Positions 58,751-64,000 of a stretch of 64,000 bases of DNA are shown piece after piece. This DNA comes from Octopus vulgaris. Lineage: Eukaryota. The notes beneath the pieces are model-generated. The model saw only the letters and a program-made list of their open reading frames with translations, did not search any database and had not been told where the DNA came from. Position 1 is the first letter of the stretch. The number at the start of each line of letters is the position of its first letter. The position numbers and the translations under genes were made by a program. The stretch covers positions 47,058,001-47,122,000 of the forward strand of contig OX597820.1 of assembly GCA_951406725.2 (NCBI GenBank), given 5' to 3'.

Positions 58751-60900
58751 CTGTAAAGATCAACTAATGATTAATAAAGCCATAACTGAAGACAGCCACA
58801 GAAAGAAGAAAGGCCTCAGTATGGCCTGGATCGACTACAAAAAGGCGTTTGATAGCATCCCCCACACATGGATCCTCGAAACACTAGCCATTAACAAAGT
58901 AGCACCAACAATTATAAAATTCATAGGGCACTCTATGAATAAATGGCAAACAGTGCTACAGCTCCAAACAAAAGAGGGACTCATGAAAACCAAAGCCATC
59001 CCCATTAGAAGAGGAATATTCCAGGGAGACACATTCTCTCCACTCCTTTTCTGCTTGGCACTGTCACCTCTATCTGATATGCTAAACAGAACTGGATGCG
59101 GATATAAATGTTACGGCAAAACGATCAGCCACCTTTTATATATGGATGACCTAAAACTATACGCTGCAAATGACAAACAGCTGGAAACACTATTAAAGAC
59201 AGTTCATGGATTTACCAAAGAAATAGATATGAAATTTGGATTAGAAAAATGCGCCAAAGTAACCATGAAAAGAGGAAAACTAGTTAAGAGTAGCAACATC
59301 ACACTAGATAAAACCAATGAAATAAAATAATTAGACCAAAGCCAAACTTACAAATACTTGGGAATCCATGAACTAGATAAGACACAACACACACAAATGA
59401 AAGAGAAAATAAAAAGAGAATATTATAGACGAGTTAGATCAATACTAAAAACAGAGCTCAATGCTAAAAACAAGATAATAGGTATTAACACTTTAGCTGT
59501 CCCAGTTATAAGTTACAGCTACAATATCCTTAACTGGACACTAAATGAACTAACCAAAATAGATAGGAAAACAAGAAAAATAATGACAGGATCTAGGATG
59601 CATCACCCAAAATCTGACATAGAAAGACTATATATACAACGTAAAGAAGGTGGTAGAGGCCTTATACAGCTGGAAAACTACTATAAAATAACCACCATAG
59701 GACTGCAAAAATATCTACTTCAGAATGAAGGAAAACTGATACAAATAGTGGCAAAACACGAGCAAAACAAAAAACTGTTCTCAGTATTTAAGGAAGCTGA
59801 CAAATACAAACAAGAAATCATACCACCTAATAAATATGAAGAAGAAGAAGAAGAAGAAGAAGAAGAAGAAGAAGAAGAAGAAGAAGAAGAAGAAGAAGAA
59901 GAAGAAGAAGAAGAAGAAGAAGAAGAAGAAGAAGAAGAAGAAGAAGAAGAAGAAGAAGAAGAAGAAGAAACAAAAGCTATAAAACAAATGAAATCCAAAC
60001 TAAAAATAGAACAGCAACGAACCATGATAAAACGATGGCAAGAAAGGCCCCTTCATAGTAAATACTGGGCTAAACTAAACGCAAAAGAAATAGACAAAGA
60101 AAAATCCCAGCAATGGTTGAGAAGCTCAGGACTCAAAGCAGAGACAGAGGGATTTTTAAATGCAGCACAAGACCAAAGCCTCCCCACCAGAAATTACCAA
60201 AAACATGTAATGAAAAGAAATATAACAAGTAACTGCAGAATATGTGGGGATGGACAAGAAACAATAAATCATATTATCTCTAGCTGCCCAGTCCTGGCTA
60301 AGAAGGAATATATTCACAGACATGACAGAATTGGAACCTACATACACTGGAAGCTATGCCAACATTATGGAATAACAACAGAAAAAAAAATGGTATAGGC
60401 ACACACCAGAAAAGGTCACAGAAAACGAGAAAGCAACCATACTCTGGGATATGCCGATACACACAGATAGAGAAATTAAGGCCAACAGACCAGATATAGT
60501 TGTCAGAGATCATGAAGAAAAAAATGCTTTCTAATTGATGTATCAAAACCGGCAGATGACAACGTGTCTCTAAAAGAAATGGAGAAACTTTCAAAATACA
60601 AGGACCTGGAAATAGAGGTAACCAGAATGTGGAATCTGAAAACAGAAACAATTCCTATCATAGTAGGTGCATTAGGCATGATAAAAAAATATTCAGACAA
60701 ATACATAACAAAAACACCTGGACTTACAAACACATATAACATACAGAAAATTGCACTACTAGGCACTGCACACATCCTACGCAGAACACTTTCCATACAA
60801 TAACCATCAGAGCATCACAACAAATCACAGCACATACTTAAGGCACACAGAGCTGCGCTCGGTAGTGAAGTGAAAGCAGGCTATAAAAATAAAACTACGG
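58751..60900 (+). mobile_element. 5'-truncated R4/Dong-clade non-LTR retrotransposon (RT, CCHC, RLE endonuclease, 3' UTR) in (TAA)n
   Basis: WIDYKKAFDS, GIFQGD..SPLLF, HLLYMDD, CRIC...H...C, RHD, RPDIV and KLSKYKDLEIE motifs. One in-frame stop (59328-59330) and two A-run frameshifts. (AAT)n lies on both sides, the known Dong target. Confidence 0.95.
59838..59969 (+). repeat. (GAA)44 in-frame expansion inside the LINE ORF
   Basis: Perfect GAA run encoding poly-Glu. Confidence 0.95.
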
Positions 60901-61489
60901 AATAATAATAATAATAATAATAACAACAACAACAACAACAACAACAGCACTCAGAGAACGCAAACCTCCGCCAACGCAACACCAAAGTCCTCTCAACGAT
61001 TAGCTAGAGATGATTTTTTAAATGAGAATATCTAAAATAAACTTTATTATTATTATTATTGAGTGAGAGAGCAGTGCATGCCATCAAAGTGACACTGGGG
61101 TACAAATATACGAAGCCCAGTATACCCATCATAACTACCCGTCTGATAAGGGTACACCAGGCACATGCATCACAACCATATGTGCGCGACATGGTGATCT
61201 CATAACAAGATAAACAGCGCATGACCTTGCGGGTAGGGCCCAGTTAGAATTTTCTTCTGGTTGGGTAACCCATCCAACTCAAAAGGTCCCTGATTAAGGG
61301 TTGTTTAAGGATGTTGAATGAAACACCCATGTTTCCAGAGGTGAATTATTCAACCCCAAAGAATCCCTCTCAACACATGGCTATGATGCTCCCCCACTTA
61401 TTATTATTATTATAATTATAATATTATTATAATTATTATAATTATATAATTATTATAATTATTATTATTATTATTATTATTATTATCAT

Positions 61490-62200
<711 letters not shown>

Positions 62201-62213
62201 TAGATTGTGTTCC

Positions 62214-62262
<49 letters not shown>

Positions 62263-62266
<4 letters not shown>

Positions 62267-62620
62267 TCCTCCGTAGCGAAGGCGGAGCTATTATTTTCAA
62301 TCGTGTTTGTTTATTTATCCGTAGACAAGATATCTCAAGAAACACTGAATGGTTACGGATGAAACATTCAGAGATGTTTGGCCTCATGACTGTCACAAAC
62401 TAATTAGATTTTGGGATCGATCCCGTACCGGACAAGAATTCTGGATTATTTTTTCCTGCTTTTAACTTAATTTTTGAGAGTGATTTATTTTTTAGTATTC
62501 TCGTTTGTGACAGCAGTCGAGTTTATTTCAGATATTCTCATTTTAAAAATCATCTCTGGCTAATCGATGAGAGGACGCTGATGTTGCGTTGGCGGAGGTT
62601 TGCGCTCTCTGAGTGCTGTT
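62263..62620 (+). mobile_element. Non-autonomous Helentron/HINE-like element
   Basis: 5' TACCTCC... and 3' TTGGCGGAGGT subterminal IR, then a GCGCTC-TCT-GAGTGC hairpin. 3' fragments also at 58538-58640 (+) and 60946-61046 (-). Confidence 0.65.
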
Positions 62621-62646
62621 GTGGTTGTTGTTTGTTGTTGTTGTTG

Positions 62647-62716
<70 letters not shown>

Positions 62717-62761
62717 CATCATCATCATCATCATCATCAAGGCGGCGATCTGGCAGAATCG

Positions 62762-63600
62762 TTCATGTTGTTGTTATGCCTAGTGTGCCATATATTTGGG
62801 GGGTGGGGATGTTGTACTAATGAATGTCTAAAAAGAAAAAAAAAAAGGTTTTTTTTTTTTTTTTTTTTTTTAAACCGAAAATTATGTTTGTTTTAAACCT
62901 TGAGATTACATAGAGAGTATTTTGCGTAGGATATGAGCAGTTCCCATGAGCACTATCTTTTGAACTTCTGCCATTTTTGGGTTTCCTGGTATCTGAGTTA
63001 GGTAGCTATCAGCCCCTTTTGCTATCATTCCCAGGGCACCTATGACAACAGGTATTGTTTTAGTCTTCAGCTTCCACATTTTGCTGATTTCTATTTCAAG
63101 ATCTTTATATTTGCTCAGTTTTTGGTAGGTCTTGACAGATACGTTTATATCGATTGGGACAGTCATATCAATGAGGAGGCATGTTCTTTGTTTGAAGTTT
63201 TTCAATATGATGTCTGGCCTATTTGCATCTATCTTCCTGTCAGTTTGAATGGTGAAGTTCCAGAGGAGTGAGATGTGGTCATTTTCAAGCACTGGGGGTG
63301 GTTTGTGTTCCCACCAGTTTTTTTCATGGGGCAAATCCAGGTTTTTACAGATTACCCAGTGAATATATTGTGCAGCTCTATCGTGCCTGTTGAGATACTC
63401 TGTAGGCGCTAGAAGACTGCACTTGGAGACCACATGGTCAATGGTTTCATTTTGTTGCTTGCATACACGACACGTTGGACTGCTTCTGATCTTTAATATG
63501 TTGGCCTGGTAGTTTCTTGTTGGTAGGCATTGATCTTGAGCTGCTATGATAAACCCCTCTGTTTCAGATTTTAAGCCAGAGGCCATTAGCCATTGATGGC
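62762..63600 (-). mobile_element. R4/Dong LINE 3' fragment (CCHC + RLE), same subfamily as 61610-62200
   Basis: Uninterrupted reading frame 62906-63600: LKSETEGFIIAAQDQ, CRVC...H...C, RHD, RPDI, GALG. The 5' junction lies in (TAA)n. Confidence 0.95.
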
Positions 63601-63602
63601 TA

Positions 63603-63696
<94 letters not shown>

Positions 63697-63697
63697 A

Positions 63698-63960
63698 GGC
63701 GGCGATCTGGCAGAATCGTTAGCACGCTGGATGGAATTCTTAGCGGTATTTCGCCCGTCGTTATTAAACTCGGCTGATTGGCCGGGCTGTTAGAGCGTCA
63801 GAGAAAATACCTTACGGCTCTTTATATTGTGGTTCAAATCTGGCTGAGGTCGACTTTGCCTTTCACCTCACCAGCATCAATAAAATGTAGTATCAGGCAA
63901 ATAAGTACTGGGTTGATTTAATCAAATAGCCACTTCCCACAAATTGCTGGCCTTGTACTT
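63698..63960 (+). mobile_element. SINE family B
   Basis: GGCGGCGATCTGGCAGAATCGTTAGCACG head and GAGGTCGACTTTGCCTTTC body. Confidence 0.8.
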
Positions 63961-64000
63961 ATTATGTTAGAAACAATTATTCCGTTACGCGAGTGTGTGT

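Overview
Repeat-saturated, AT-rich eukaryotic non-coding DNA. The SINE and microsatellite make-up looks like an octopus (cephalopod) genome, which is an inference. I see no convincing host protein-coding exon, and nearly all listed ORFs are translations of microsatellites. Supported features are: one intact tRNA-Gly(GCC); dozens of tRNA-derived SINE copies from about 4 families; a cluster of R4/Dong-type RLE non-LTR retrotransposon pieces sitting in (TAA)n; Penelope-like element (RT + GIY-YIG) remnants; a decayed autonomous Helitron with a nested CRE-type LINE tip; non-autonomous Helitron/Helentron-like elements; and a hAT MITE with an 8-bp TSD. The most interesting hidden layer is about 10 hammerhead ribozyme (HHR) motifs, found by eye and not folded computationally. 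One caps a ~125-nt rod-like hairpin inside a 360-bp terminally redundant unit that looks like a retrozyme/circular-RNA monomer (53415-53787). There is also an inverted HHR pair (36.4-36.9 kb), an HHR downstream of the Penelope ORF, and a recurring permuted-core motif. Repeat boundaries are approximate, read by eye.
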